From an uncultured delta proteobacterium (lineage in GTDB: Bacteria; Desulfobacterota; Syntrophia; Syntrophales; UBA2185): a stretch of 64,000 bases of DNA. Position 1 is the first letter of the stretch. Every line of letters begins with the position of its first letter. Of the stretch, positions 21,941 through 32,410 are shown one piece after another. Location: assembly GCA_963695875.1 (NCBI GenBank), contig CAVOID010000010.1:32001-96000 (forward strand), given 5' to 3'. A model generated the notes under the pieces. It had not been told where the DNA came from. It did not search any database and saw nothing but the letters and a program-made list of their open reading frames with translations. Position numbers and translations under genes: made by a program.

Positions 21941-21975
21941 ACTCGATAAGCCCGGGTCATCCGGGCTTATCGAGT
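21941..21975 (+). other. Strong intergenic hairpin
   Basis: actcgataagcccgg-gtcat-ccgggcttatcgagt with no U-tract; possibly an mRNA-stabilising or processing stem. Confidence 0.6.
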
Positions 21976-22062
21976 TAAGTTGCCGAAGGCAGTCAAATAA
22001 AAGTTTTGCGCGGCTTCGACAGCTGGTTGAATAAAACTCAATTTTTCAGGAGGTATTTGTGT

Positions 22063-23253
22063 ATGGCGTTAGATTTCAATTTTACAGATGAACAAAGATG
22101 GTTGGAGGAAAGCGTTTACAAGTGGGCGGTCAACTGGCTGGAGCCGCAGATGGAGCATATGTACGAAGTGGACGAGATGCCTCCGACACTCTTCAAAGAG
22201 CTGGCAAACCTGGGTGTCAACGGGATTGTTTTTGAGGAAAAGTACGGAGGTTCCGCTCTGGGCTATGTCGATACACTCCTCGTGTACGAGACAATCGCAC
22301 GGGTGAGCAATGCCCTGTCCATGACCGTCGGCGCGAGCCAGACCCTCTGTTTCGACAACTTCAGGCGCAATGCCACGGAAGAGCAGAAGATGTATGTCCT
22401 TCCCAAGTCCTGCACAGGTGAGTGGATCGGCTGCCTCGGCATCACTGAGCCCAACGCAGGTTCCGACGCCATGAGCATGGCGACAAAAGCAGAGAAGAAG
22501 GGAAACAAATACATCATCAACGGCAGTAAGATCTTCATCACCAACTCCCCCGTCGCCGATTTCATGACATTCTATGCGAAGACCGATCCGGCCGCGGGTC
22601 CCAAAGGGATTTCCGCCTTCTGCTTTGAGTTCGACAAGGTCAAAGGAGTCACCGTGGAAAAGATCAAGAAATGGGGTATGAGGACATCCCCCACGGGGCT
22701 GGTCACATTCGAAGACGTGGAACTGCCCGCGGAAAATCTCATCGGCGGTCTGAATAAAGGCGTTGCCGTTCTGACGAGCGGTCTCTGCACGGAGAGAATC
22801 ACCCTTTCCGGTTGTACCCTCGGCAGCCAGAGAAGCTGCCTCGAACTCTCCCTGAAGTATGCCAAGGAAAGGGTGCAGTTCGGTAAGCCCATCGCTTCAT
22901 TCCAGGCTATCCAGGAGAAGCTGGCCAATATGTACACAGGCTATCTTGCCTCCAAGTGGATGGCATACAGCGCCGCCGCATATTGTGACACACTGGAGAA
23001 CAAGGTTGGCGGGAAGGGCACGGACCTTGACCGTATGGCCGCTGCCGCACTTCTCTTCTGCGGTGAGATGGGAACAAAGATCGGTCTCGATGCGATCCAG
23101 ATCTTCGGCGGTTACGGCTACTGCACGGAATACCCCGTCACCAGGCATTTCCTGGATCAGAAACTCTGGGAGATCGGCGCCGGTACGTCCGAAATCAGAA
23201 GGATGATCATCGCAAGAGAGTTGATGAGAGACGACTTCAAAAGCGGCAAATAA
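22063..23253 (+). CDS. Acyl-CoA dehydrogenase, isovaleryl-CoA dehydrogenase-like
   Basis: ITEPNAGSDA, RVQFGKPI, FGGYGY, EIGAGTSEIRR (IVD-type, Ala at the SCAD catalytic Glu position). Confidence 0.88.
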   Translation: MALDFNFTDEQRWLEESVYKWAVNWLEPQMEHMYEVDEMPPTLFKELANLGVNGIVFEEKYGGSALGYVDTLLVYETIARVSNALSMTVGASQTLCFDNFRRNATEEQKMYVLPKSCTGEWIGCLGITEPNAGSDAMSMATKAEKKGNKYIINGSKIFITNSPVADFMTFYAKTDPAAGPKGISAFCFEFDKVKGVTVEKIKKWGMRTSPTGLVTFEDVELPAENLIGGLNKGVAVLTSGLCTERITLSGCTLGSQRSCLELSLKYAKERVQFGKPIASFQAIQEKLANMYTGYLASKWMAYSAAAYCDTLENKVGGKGTDLDRMAAAALLFCGEMGTKIGLDAIQIFGGYGYCTEYPVTRHFLDQKLWEIGAGTSEIRRMIIARELMRDDFKSGK

Positions 23254-23294
23254 TGTAAAAGCAAGCTATTATTCCTAATCAAGTGTCTCATGAT

Positions 23295-23333
23295 AAAAGA
23301 GGGCGCTGCTCTTATGGCAGCGCCCTCTTTTTA
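23295..23333. terminator. Bidirectional intrinsic terminator
   Basis: aaaagagggcgctgc-tcttatg-gcagcgccctcttttt between convergent genes. Confidence 0.85.
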
Positions 23334-23369
23334 TTAATTAACAACTGTCAGGTTCAACAATCCTTCCTG

Positions 23370-24788
23370 TCACTTCAAGGGAGGCACGAAAGGTATATAC
23401 TGGGCGAACAACCAGCAGAGGAAGAAGACGAGCGGTATGTGAATAAACATCTGGAGCACTGAATAGCCGACAAGGTCCCGGGCCTTCATATGGAGCAGCC
23501 CAAGAAGCGGCAGCATCCAGAAGGGGTTCAGGAGGTTCGGCAGGGCCTCGGCTGCATTGTAGATCACCACCACCCATCCAAGGTTCACTTGATGCTGAAT
23601 TGCCGCCTGCAGGACATAAGGCGCCTCGATGACCCACTTGCTTCCGCCTGAGGGAATAAAAACACCCAGGATGGCCGAATAAGCGGCCACCAGAAGCGGG
23701 TAGGTTCCCTGGGTCGTGATGCTGTAAAAGAGGTCGGCCAACCACTTGTTGATCCCCGTACCGACGATCATTCCGAAGATTACGGCGTAGAAGGGGAACT
23801 GGATCAGAACGCCGCCCGTTGCGGGAACCGCCTGGGCCACGGCCTTGAGGAACCGTTTCGGCCGCCAGTGCAGGAGCATACCGACGGTGATGAAAATCAG
23901 GTTGTAGTTATTGAGGTCCAGAGCCGCGATGGGCCCCCTGGGATCCTTGCCAAAGAGGTCTATCAGGTACCAACAAAGAAGACCTGCCACGAGGATGATC
24001 ATCAGAGGGCTGTATTCAAGCCACTCTCCCGGTTTCTGCCGCGGCTCGATGCTCGTATCGATCTGGTCAAATTTCAGGTTGAAGTATTCCACTGTCTTGG
24101 CGCGCTCGGGTTTCGGAGCCGAGAAGTAGGCAATGGGTACGGAAACCGCAATGAGGGCGACTATCATCCAGAAATTCCCCCAGATGAAAAGCGTCTGAGT
24201 CAGGGGGATCAGACCGCTGATCTCAAAGAGTTTAGGCGGAATTGCCCCCTTTGTGGCCATCATGAGGGGCGCCGATGAGGAAAGACCGAGGGCCCAGATG
24301 GCGCCCAACCCGAGGTAGGCTGCGGCCCCCGCGGCCCGGTAGTCCATTCCCTTAACCCTTCTCGTCAATTCGCGGACCAAAAGGCCGCTGAAGATGAGGC
24401 TTAACCCCCAGGAGATCAGGGAGGTCAGCAGAGACAAGAGGGCAACAAAGGCGATGGCTCCCCTTCCCGTCTTGGGGATTCCGGCCACCTTCTGGATCAG
24501 CCAGTAAACGGCGGGAGTAGAGGCAAGCACATATCCGCCGATGATAATGAACGCCATCTGCATGGTAAAGGGTATCAGGACCCAGAATGCCTTGCCGCCC
24601 TCGGTCGCGAGCTTGACCGGGCTTTCACCGATGAGAAGACCAAAGACATAAACGATAACAATACCCACAAGGGCAAATACCCACGCGTCGGGAAACCATT
24701 TTTCACTCCATGCCGCAAGCCCCAGGCCGAAGCGCTCAAGAAGCCCTTCTTGCAGCTTACCAGCGTCCACATTTTTATTTTCCGCCAT
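23370..24788 (-). CDS. atoE: Short-chain fatty acid transporter (AtoE family)
   Basis: WFPDAWVFA, FTMQMA, IQFPFY, PSGGSKW, NPFWMLPLL. Confidence 0.85.
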   Translation of the reverse strand: MAENKNVDAGKLQEGLLERFGLGLAAWSEKWFPDAWVFALVGIVIVYVFGLLIGESPVKLATEGGKAFWVLIPFTMQMAFIIIGGYVLASTPAVYWLIQKVAGIPKTGRGAIAFVALLSLLTSLISWGLSLIFSGLLVRELTRRVKGMDYRAAGAAAYLGLGAIWALGLSSSAPLMMATKGAIPPKLFEISGLIPLTQTLFIWGNFWMIVALIAVSVPIAYFSAPKPERAKTVEYFNLKFDQIDTSIEPRQKPGEWLEYSPLMIILVAGLLCWYLIDLFGKDPRGPIAALDLNNYNLIFITVGMLLHWRPKRFLKAVAQAVPATGGVLIQFPFYAVIFGMIVGTGINKWLADLFYSITTQGTYPLLVAAYSAILGVFIPSGGSKWVIEAPYVLQAAIQHQVNLGWVVVIYNAAEALPNLLNPFWMLPLLGLLHMKARDLVGYSVLQMFIHIPLVFFLCWLFAQYIPFVPPLK

Positions 24789-25150
24789 TTTTCATTCTCC
24801 TTTCATAAGATATACTTTAAAAAATTGTCCGATAGAAAAACCTATTACGTAAAATACCTGAGCAATAAAACATAAAATGACAAGACAGAAGATAACGAAA
24901 TATTACGGCATCACCTTTTTTTATAAGTTTCTGATAACTTGTAAAAAAATAAAAAAACCCCGTCCTCATTTGAATAACGGGGTCTCCACAGACAATCCAC
25001 TCATAGTTCTTTCCTCATGGCGCCGATAGAGCCTTCATTTCGGTAAGCACTATTACGATATATCAGTCACATAACAAAATAAATATTTAACTTCAACAGT
25101 TTTTGTAATTTTATGAATTTTACTTATATATTTCAACATTTTGCTTCAAT

Positions 25151-25489
25151 TTATAGAAAGGCCGTCTTCTCCGGTGGCCGCCTCTCAGGTACATATACGT
25201 GTGGAATTTTATCCTCGTTCCATTCCTTCGAAACATAAAGATTGCAATAGCAGCTTCCGTATTCTTTCACATCGGGAGTCCTGTAGATGCAGGGACAGAT
25301 AATGTCTTTATCCTTTTCTCGATTCCCCGATGCCAGGCGGCACGGACATGACATGTAACCATAACGCTCCTTGTTCGTCAGGAGACCCCTTAGAATATCC
25401 AGCACCCACGCCTCGTCCCTACTGAAAAAATAGCCCTTGGGCTCCTGCAGTTTCTTTAGCATCTCATAAAGCTTTTCGACTTCCGTCAT
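25151..25489 (-). CDS. Ferredoxin:thioredoxin reductase catalytic subunit
   Basis: CPCR...CPC...CYC motifs. Confidence 0.9.
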   Translation of the reverse strand: MTEVEKLYEMLKKLQEPKGYFFSRDEAWVLDILRGLLTNKERYGYMSCPCRLASGNREKDKDIICPCIYRTPDVKEYGSCYCNLYVSKEWNEDKIPHVYVPERRPPEKTAFL

Positions 25490-25737
25490 ATCCCGAGTGC
25501 CTTCTTGATTTTGTTTTCTTCAAACCCCACTATTACTTTGTCACCGATGATAATCGTGGGAAATGTGCAGTCCGGATTCAATCTTCTGATGTCTTCCATA
25601 ATCAGCTTCTTCTCTTCAGCCGAGAGCAAATCCACATCCGTGAATTCATACTGTACACGACACTCGTCGAGAAATCTCTTGGTTGATTTACAGTGACTGC
25701 ATGTACTTAACGTGTATATCTTAACTGGTGGCTGCAT
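25486..25737 (-). CDS. Glutaredoxin (NrdH-like)
   Basis: CSHC active site, TFP, VGFEE; 4-nt overlap with the FTR gene. Confidence 0.9.
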   Translation of the reverse strand: MQPPVKIYTLSTCSHCKSTKRFLDECRVQYEFTDVDLLSAEEKKLIMEDIRRLNPDCTFPTIIIGDKVIVGFEENKIKKALGI

Positions 25738-25876
25738 ACGTGAGCTCCTTTCTCTTACTCCGGTTATTTAACGTCGTAAGATTAAACCGGCATATATTAT
25801 TTATCAAGCCCTTTTATTCTTCCGAAGTTAGTTGGCAAAAGATAGGGCCAGGGAGACATTTGTCTCTATTTACACC

Positions 25877-27931
25877 CTATCCATAGAAAATATCCAACTC
25901 CTCGGCGGAGGGGATAGCATCAATTTTGAGTTTTATAAGAATGTCTCCGGTCTCGACAGTCTGACCTGGAGCAACATGGATATTTTCTATCACCCCGTCA
26001 CTAGGAGACGCGACAAAGGTCTCCATCTTCATGGATTCTATGCTCACGAGATCTTGTCCTCGGAAGATACGTTCCCCTTTTTTTACCGGGATGGAAACAA
26101 CTATTCCCGGCATGGGACAGCGAACGACATCCTCAGTAGGCACTGCTTTCGGCTTCGGCATGTGATAAAAAAGTTTCCATTCCAGGGGACTGTAGATTCC
26201 CAGAACACGAGTAACACCACGGTGGGCTACCCATATGTTATTTTCCCTGTACTTAGTATGGAAGAATTGCGTCTTCCCATCAATCCTGAGTTTGATTCTA
26301 CGCCGGTAAAATTCGAATTCGGGGGTAACGACCTGATACTTACGTCCATCTACCATTACAGTCCAGCTGCGAGGAGCCGGATTCTTAACAAGACGCAATT
26401 CAAAAAAAGCATCTTCTCCTTTTACTGTATAGGTAAATTGGTTTTTTGACTGGTGCGGGCCACCCACTTTAGCCATCATAGGCTTAAGTGATTCATGAAC
26501 CAGAGATTGTCGGTTGTGATAAATAAGGGTTACGGCTATCGCCATATATTGCAGCCACTCTTCCGGAGGCGGCAGCTTCATCTGGCCGTGCTCAAAGTGC
26601 TCATCGATGAAATCCGTCGACAGCTCCCCTTTTATGAACGACGGGTGATTGAGTACGGCATTCACAAAATCCACATTGGTGATCAACCCCTCGATGTGAT
26701 ATGCGTTCAGCGCCTGGACGAGGGATTCAATCGCCTCTCTCCTCGTTGCACCCCAGGCGATTACCTTGGCCAGCAATGAATCGTAATACGTGCTGATAAA
26801 ACTTCCGGCCTCAATACTGCTGTCAATCCGTACGTTCTTTATTCGAGCGGTTGCGTAACGGGTAATCATACCCGTTACAGGCAGAAAGTTCCGGGCGGGA
26901 TCCTCCGCGCATATTCGCGCTTCTATTGCCCATCCGTTGCTGATGACATCCTTCTGCCGGATGGGAAGTTTTTCTCCCGCAGCGATGCGAAGCTGTAATT
27001 CCACAAGATCGAGACCTGTGACCATCTCCGTCACAGGGTGCTCTACCTGAAGTCTTGTATTCATTTCCAGGAAGTAGACGCTCCCGTCCGAATCGTCCAG
27101 AATAAACTCAACGGTACCGGCGTTCGTATAACCTGCCTTCTTGGCAAGCTTGCATGACATCTCCCCCATGCGCTGTCGCAGGCTGTCATCAACAGCCATC
27201 GAAGGTGTCTCCTCTATGATCTTCTGATACCTCCGCTGAATGGAACACTCCCTTTCCCCCAGGTGAACCACATTGCCGTATTGATCAGCGAGGATCTGTA
27301 TTTCAATATGGCGGATCCTTGGGATGTAGCGCTCCATAAAGAATTCGTCACTTCCAAAGGCCTTTCTGGACTCATTCTGGCAGGACTCGACGGCTGAGCG
27401 CAAATCCGCTTTGTTCGACACCACCCGTATCCCTCTTCCTCCTCCGGCGCGTGCAGGCCGTATCATCAGAGGATATCCGATCTTCCCCCCAATGCTGACA
27501 GCTTCCGCAAATGAGGATATACGTTCCTTGTGTCCCGGCTTTACGGGTATGCCCAGCTTTTCGGCAAAGGCCTTAGCGGCTAATTTGTCGCCAAGCGTAG
27601 CGATAACAGAGGCGGGCGGGCCGATAAACGTCAGTCCCGATTTGGCGACCATGTCGGCAAATTCCGGATTTTCAGAGAGAAAACCGTAACCGGGATGGAT
27701 TGCCTGGCATCCGTGGGAATGGGCAGCTTCTATGATTTTTTCCTTGGCCAGATATGATTCTTCAGGACTGGATCCCCCTAAAAAAGCACTCTCATCCGCT
27801 TCTCTGACGTGTAGAGAACGGGAACCCACTTGTGAATATACCGATACGGTCCTGATTCCCATGCGTTTGCACGTTTTGATGATGCGGACTGCTATTTCGC
27901 CCCGATTCGCAACCAATATCTTCTTGAACAT
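25877..27931 (-). CDS. Acyl-CoA carboxylase alpha subunit (biotin carboxylase plus biotin carrier)
   Basis: LVANRGEIA, HPGYGFLSEN, RECSIQRR, EMNTRLQVEH, ESMKME biotinylation site. Confidence 0.92.
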   Translation of the reverse strand: MFKKILVANRGEIAVRIIKTCKRMGIRTVSVYSQVGSRSLHVREADESAFLGGSSPEESYLAKEKIIEAAHSHGCQAIHPGYGFLSENPEFADMVAKSGLTFIGPPASVIATLGDKLAAKAFAEKLGIPVKPGHKERISSFAEAVSIGGKIGYPLMIRPARAGGGRGIRVVSNKADLRSAVESCQNESRKAFGSDEFFMERYIPRIRHIEIQILADQYGNVVHLGERECSIQRRYQKIIEETPSMAVDDSLRQRMGEMSCKLAKKAGYTNAGTVEFILDDSDGSVYFLEMNTRLQVEHPVTEMVTGLDLVELQLRIAAGEKLPIRQKDVISNGWAIEARICAEDPARNFLPVTGMITRYATARIKNVRIDSSIEAGSFISTYYDSLLAKVIAWGATRREAIESLVQALNAYHIEGLITNVDFVNAVLNHPSFIKGELSTDFIDEHFEHGQMKLPPPEEWLQYMAIAVTLIYHNRQSLVHESLKPMMAKVGGPHQSKNQFTYTVKGEDAFFELRLVKNPAPRSWTVMVDGRKYQVVTPEFEFYRRRIKLRIDGKTQFFHTKYRENNIWVAHRGVTRVLGIYSPLEWKLFYHMPKPKAVPTEDVVRCPMPGIVVSIPVKKGERIFRGQDLVSIESMKMETFVASPSDGVIENIHVAPGQTVETGDILIKLKIDAIPSAEELDIFYG

Positions 27932-27940
27932 CCTACCTCC

Positions 27941-29578
27941 TTAAAGAGGAATATTCCCATGCAACCGTTCCGGTTTTTCTCTTTTTTTCCCTTCCATAAA
28001 CTGGAGACTCCTTATGATCCGGTGCCGCGTATCCCTGGGGAAAATAACATCATCGATATACCCCCTCTGGGCAGACAGGAAAGGATTCGTATACGTCTTC
28101 CGGTATTCTTCCGTCCGCAACGATAGTACTGCTTCCGGATCCAGCGCTGATGTGATCTCCTTACGGTATATCACTTCTGCCGCTCCTTTCGGGCCCATCA
28201 CGGCAATCTCCGCCGTCGGCCAGGCATAATTAATGTCGCTGCCGATGTGTTTGGAGTTCATGACAACATATGCCCCACCATAGGCCTTGCGAACGATGAC
28301 AGTGATACGCGGGACGGTAGCCTCTATAAAGGCGTAAAGCAGTTTGGCGCCGTGGCGGATTATCCCCCCCTGCTCCTGTTCCGGTCCCGGCATAAAACCG
28401 GGCACGTCCACAAGGCATATGAGAGGGATGTTGAAGGCGTCACAAAACCGGACAAACCGTGCCGCTTTGATTGATGCGTTGTTATCCAGCACCCCCGCCA
28501 GGACGGCAGGCTGATTTGCCACTATTCCTATCGTCTGTCCTCCCAAGCGCCCGAATCCGCAAATTATGTTTCTTGCGAAATTAGGATGAACTTCCAAAAA
28601 CTCGGCCCCGTCAAGAATACTGTTAATCAGCACTTTCATGTCATAACTCTGATTCGGATTCTCAGGCACAAGATAATCCAGCGCCGGGTCGGTGCGGCCT
28701 GCCGGATCGCTGAGGTCCAGTATCGGCGCCCTCTGTTTATTGTTGGAAGGAAGGTAGTTGATCAATCGCCTCACTTCCCGCAGGCAAAGGATATCGTTGG
28801 GCAGCACAAAATGAGCCACCCCGCTCTTTTCCGCGTGAACCCTTGCACCGCCGAGATCCTCATGAGAAATAGCTGTATGTGTGACCGTTTCCACGACGTT
28901 CGGACCTGTCACGTACATGTATGACGTATCTTCGACCATGAAGATAAAATCGGTGAGGGCCGGGCTGTAAGCAGCACCTCCCGCGCAGGGCCCCATAATG
29001 CAGGAAATTTGTGGAATAATCCCGCTTGCCAGGGCGTTTCTTTTAAAAATATCCCCGTAGGAAGCGAGCGCGTCCACCCCTTCCTGTATCCGCGCGCCTC
29101 CTGAGTCATTGAGCCCTATGATAGGAGCCCCGACTCTCACGGCATGATCCATCACCTTGCTGATCTTCTGGGAGTGGGCTTCACCCAGCGACCCGCCGCG
29201 CACCGTGAAGTCCTGACTGAATATGAACACTTCCCGGCCGTCAACCGTACCGTGTCCCGTCACGACACCGTCTCCCGGATAAGTCTTTTCCCTTCCGAAG
29301 GCACCGCCCCTGCCTGTTTTCAGCAGATCGAACTCCTCAAAGGAGTCCTCATCCAGCAGCAGCTCTATGCGTTCCCGCGCAGTAAGCTTCCCCCTGCGGT
29401 GCTGCTCCTCGATCAGATCAACGCCTCCACCTTTCAACGTCTCATTTCGCATCTCTTTCAGAGCATTCAAAGTACGCTGGGTGGTCTGTACCGTTGCGTA
29501 TTGTACCTTGGATGGTTTCGACTTTTTCTTAAGGGTATTTTTTTGAGACTGTCGTCCTTTCATGATGACTACTCCCAT
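27941..29578 (-). CDS. Acyl-CoA carboxylase beta subunit (propionyl-CoA carboxylase-like)
   Basis: GKLTARERI, DSGGARIQEG, GPCAGGA, DVPGF, RKAYGGAY, HGNIPL. Confidence 0.92.
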   Translation of the reverse strand: MGVVIMKGRQSQKNTLKKKSKPSKVQYATVQTTQRTLNALKEMRNETLKGGGVDLIEEQHRRGKLTARERIELLLDEDSFEEFDLLKTGRGGAFGREKTYPGDGVVTGHGTVDGREVFIFSQDFTVRGGSLGEAHSQKISKVMDHAVRVGAPIIGLNDSGGARIQEGVDALASYGDIFKRNALASGIIPQISCIMGPCAGGAAYSPALTDFIFMVEDTSYMYVTGPNVVETVTHTAISHEDLGGARVHAEKSGVAHFVLPNDILCLREVRRLINYLPSNNKQRAPILDLSDPAGRTDPALDYLVPENPNQSYDMKVLINSILDGAEFLEVHPNFARNIICGFGRLGGQTIGIVANQPAVLAGVLDNNASIKAARFVRFCDAFNIPLICLVDVPGFMPGPEQEQGGIIRHGAKLLYAFIEATVPRITVIVRKAYGGAYVVMNSKHIGSDINYAWPTAEIAVMGPKGAAEVIYRKEITSALDPEAVLSLRTEEYRKTYTNPFLSAQRGYIDDVIFPRDTRHRIIRSLQFMEGKKREKPERLHGNIPL

Positions 29579-29854
29579 TTATATTTTCATTATCTCAAGG
29601 GTTTTTATTTCTGTTAAACAGAACTTTCACAATATAATCAAGAGGGGATTGTTTTCTTCATCATTTTCTCCTTCAAGCGCAAAACCCCGCTCTCATCACG
29701 AGAAAACGGGGCTTCGTTAGTCGGCGCATGGCATCCCTCAGTCAAGATTGAAGGTTTTGCGTATCTTAGTTGATGACATTATGCGGACATTTAATACCAC
29801 GATTCGCATCATAAATCCATACCTGTATTTCACGGACGGCATCCATTTTTTCTG

Positions 29855-30883
29855 TCAATCCATGCGCAGAACCTTTGCCCCCCGGATCTTTGCCTCCCTA
29901 AGTTCGACCAGGGCTTTGTTGGCCTCTTCCAATGAAAACTCCTGTACCTCAGGTTTGATGGGAATTTCTGCAGCCAGCTGGAGGAATTCGCTGATGTCCC
30001 TGCGCGCCACGTTTGCCACAGTCTTGATCTCCTTCTCCAGCCACAGATGAGTGGGATAATTCAGTTTCAGAAGGCAGTCTTTGTCGGTATCTTCTTTCCT
30101 GATGGCATTAATCACCAGCCTCCCACCGCAGACAAGGTTTTTCAGGGCCTCCACTATGGGCCTCCAGGCCGGTGTTGTGTCAATAATAGAATGGAGCTTT
30201 TCCGGCGGTTCATCTTCCGTATTCCCAGCCCAGACGGCCCCCAACTCCCGTGCAAAGTCCTGCTCCTTCTGACTCCGGGCAAAAACATAAACACTGGTAT
30301 GAGGATATTTATGGCGTGTCATCTTGAGAACCAGGTGTGCCGAGGCCCCAAAGCCGGTAAGCCCCAGGTTCTGGCCGTCCTTCAGATTTGTCAGCCTCAG
30401 GGATCGGTAGCCGATAGCGCCTGCGCATAGGAGGGGTGCGGCCTCTGCATCGGAAAAGATATCAGGAATAGGGTACGCGAAATTCTCCGGCACGGTCATG
30501 AACCGGGCATACCCTCCATTGGCATCCCTGCCCGTAGCCCTGAATTGTTCACAGACGTTTTCATCTCCTGCGAGACAGGCAGAGCAGCGTCCGCAGGCGG
30601 AAAATATCCAGCCGACACCAACACGCTCACCGGTTTGAAACTTCGTCGCCTTTTTTCCCGCTCCTGCCACCCTGCCAACTGCCTGATGGCCCAGAATGAT
30701 GGGGAATGCCGGCGGCGGTGTCCTCCCTTCGATCTCATCTAACTCCGTATGACAGACCCCGCAGGCGGAAACCTGCACGAGGATTTCCCCTTCTTTCGGA
30801 ACAGGCTCCGGCAGATCGACCAACTCCAGGGGCGTCTTATTATCCCGGAAACTGGAAATGCCATTTAAGATCATTGCCTTCAC
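29855..30883 (-). CDS. Zinc-dependent alcohol dehydrogenase family protein
   Basis: CGVCHT, GHQ, C..C..C.......C, APLLCAG. Confidence 0.9.
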   Translation of the reverse strand: MKAMILNGISSFRDNKTPLELVDLPEPVPKEGEILVQVSACGVCHTELDEIEGRTPPPAFPIILGHQAVGRVAGAGKKATKFQTGERVGVGWIFSACGRCSACLAGDENVCEQFRATGRDANGGYARFMTVPENFAYPIPDIFSDAEAAPLLCAGAIGYRSLRLTNLKDGQNLGLTGFGASAHLVLKMTRHKYPHTSVYVFARSQKEQDFARELGAVWAGNTEDEPPEKLHSIIDTTPAWRPIVEALKNLVCGGRLVINAIRKEDTDKDCLLKLNYPTHLWLEKEIKTVANVARRDISEFLQLAAEIPIKPEVQEFSLEEANKALVELREAKIRGAKVLRMD

Positions 30884-31136
30884 GGTTATGTTCTCCTTTC
30901 ACCGGACGATTTCTTCATAAATTCGTATTCTATTGGACCTCTACATGTCTCGCATATCAAGAGGGGTTTTCAGCCCCACGTCCTTCTTACCGACGACATT
31001 AATGCAAATCACATATCCAAAACATTAATTGGTTTAACTGCTCAATATGATTCATTCTTGACAAACAAATGTATTTTACTTAAAAGTAGTTTATCAAGTC
31101 AAGCAGCGAGTAATCCGTAAGATTATAGAGGATGTT

Positions 31137-31709
31137 GTGAAATGCGCCGTTGTGAGTGGGCTAGCACTGCAGATCCTGATAGCCTATCATGATCTTGAAT
31201 GGGGTGTACCGATTCATGACGATCGACCCCTCTTCGAGTTCCTCATCTTGGAGGGTATGCAGGCAGGTCTGAGCTGGGAGACTATCTTGAAAAAGCGCGA
31301 GAGCTACCGTGCTGCATTCGATTACTTTGACGCCACTGCCATTGCGGCTTATAAGCAAAGCAAGGTTAGGGAGTTGCTTGCGAATGAGGGTATCATACGC
31401 AATCGGTTGAAGATTGAGGCCGCCATCCAGAATGCCAAATCGCTACTCGCTGTTCAGAAGGAGTTCGGCAGCTTCAACGAGTACGTCTGGAGATTCGTCG
31501 GTGGTCGGCCTAAGCAGAACAATTGGCGATCACCTGAAGATGTTCCCGCTCAGACACCTGAATCCGATGCGCTGAGTAAAGATTTGCGGCGATACGGGTT
31601 TAAGTTCGTGGGTCCAACAATCTGCTATGCCTTCATGCAAGCAGTGGGAATGGTCAATGATCACCTCGTGGATTGTTTCCGGTACAAAGAGGTCAGCTTA
31701 TTGGCCTGA
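31137..31709 (+). CDS. tag: DNA-3-methyladenine glycosylase I; N-terminus MRRCEWA from 31142 is in another frame (indel)
   Basis: YHDLEWG, LEGMQAGLSW, IIRNRLKI, GFKFVGPT, NDH...C. Confidence 0.9.
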   Translation: MKCAVVSGLALQILIAYHDLEWGVPIHDDRPLFEFLILEGMQAGLSWETILKKRESYRAAFDYFDATAIAAYKQSKVRELLANEGIIRNRLKIEAAIQNAKSLLAVQKEFGSFNEYVWRFVGGRPKQNNWRSPEDVPAQTPESDALSKDLRRYGFKFVGPTICYAFMQAVGMVNDHLVDCFRYKEVSLLA

Positions 31710-31819
31710 CTGCCACAGCTTATGTCACTCCTTAACCGGGCATTGAAGGAGGTTTGAAACGGATAAACCGGTGAGCGCCATGTTATTTATGTAGTCTGAT
31801 GCTTAACAACTTATAGGAG

Positions 31820-32347
31820 GTGAACATGTTAAAGCGTTATTTCGTATTGGGGTTAATATTTCTCCTTCCATTATTTGCCGGATGTCAGAAAGCGAGTATT
31901 GATCCGGAAAAGATAAAGGAGTTCCCGATCAACAGCATCGATGGGGTTATAACCCGATCAGATGTAACCTTCGACAAGAGTGTTTCGAGCGATGGAAATG
32001 GCTCTTTAAGAATCGATGTGTCCCAGCCGACAACCATAAGACTATATGAGGTAAGGGATATAAACGTCGAGAACGCTCGGCTTATTTACAGGGCTCGACT
32101 TAAAACAGAGAATATTAAGGGGCAAGCGTATCTCGAGATGTGGTGTGTCTTCCCCGGAATGGGAGAATATTTCTCTCGTTCTCTGCAGAGTCCTTTGTCA
32201 GGAACTCTTGACTGGACAACACAGGAAACACCATTCTTTTTACAAAAAGGACAGAAACCGGAGTTGGTTAAGTTGAATGTCGTAATCAACGGCCAGGGGA
32301 CTGTGTGGGTTGATAATATATCTTTGCTTAAAGGGCCTTTGAAATAG
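31820..32347 (+). CDS. Lipoprotein, probable beta-sandwich (CBM-like) domain
   Basis: Lipobox FAGC; G.GTVWVDNI C-terminus. Confidence 0.65.
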   Translation: MNMLKRYFVLGLIFLLPLFAGCQKASIDPEKIKEFPINSIDGVITRSDVTFDKSVSSDGNGSLRIDVSQPTTIRLYEVRDINVENARLIYRARLKTENIKGQAYLEMWCVFPGMGEYFSRSLQSPLSGTLDWTTQETPFFLQKGQKPELVKLNVVINGQGTVWVDNISLLKGPLK

Positions 32348-32410
32348 GTCTATGATTGTCATGGCATTACCGTTCCAGCGGGAATGCATCCTCTTGTTTA
32401 AGAAATGTAA

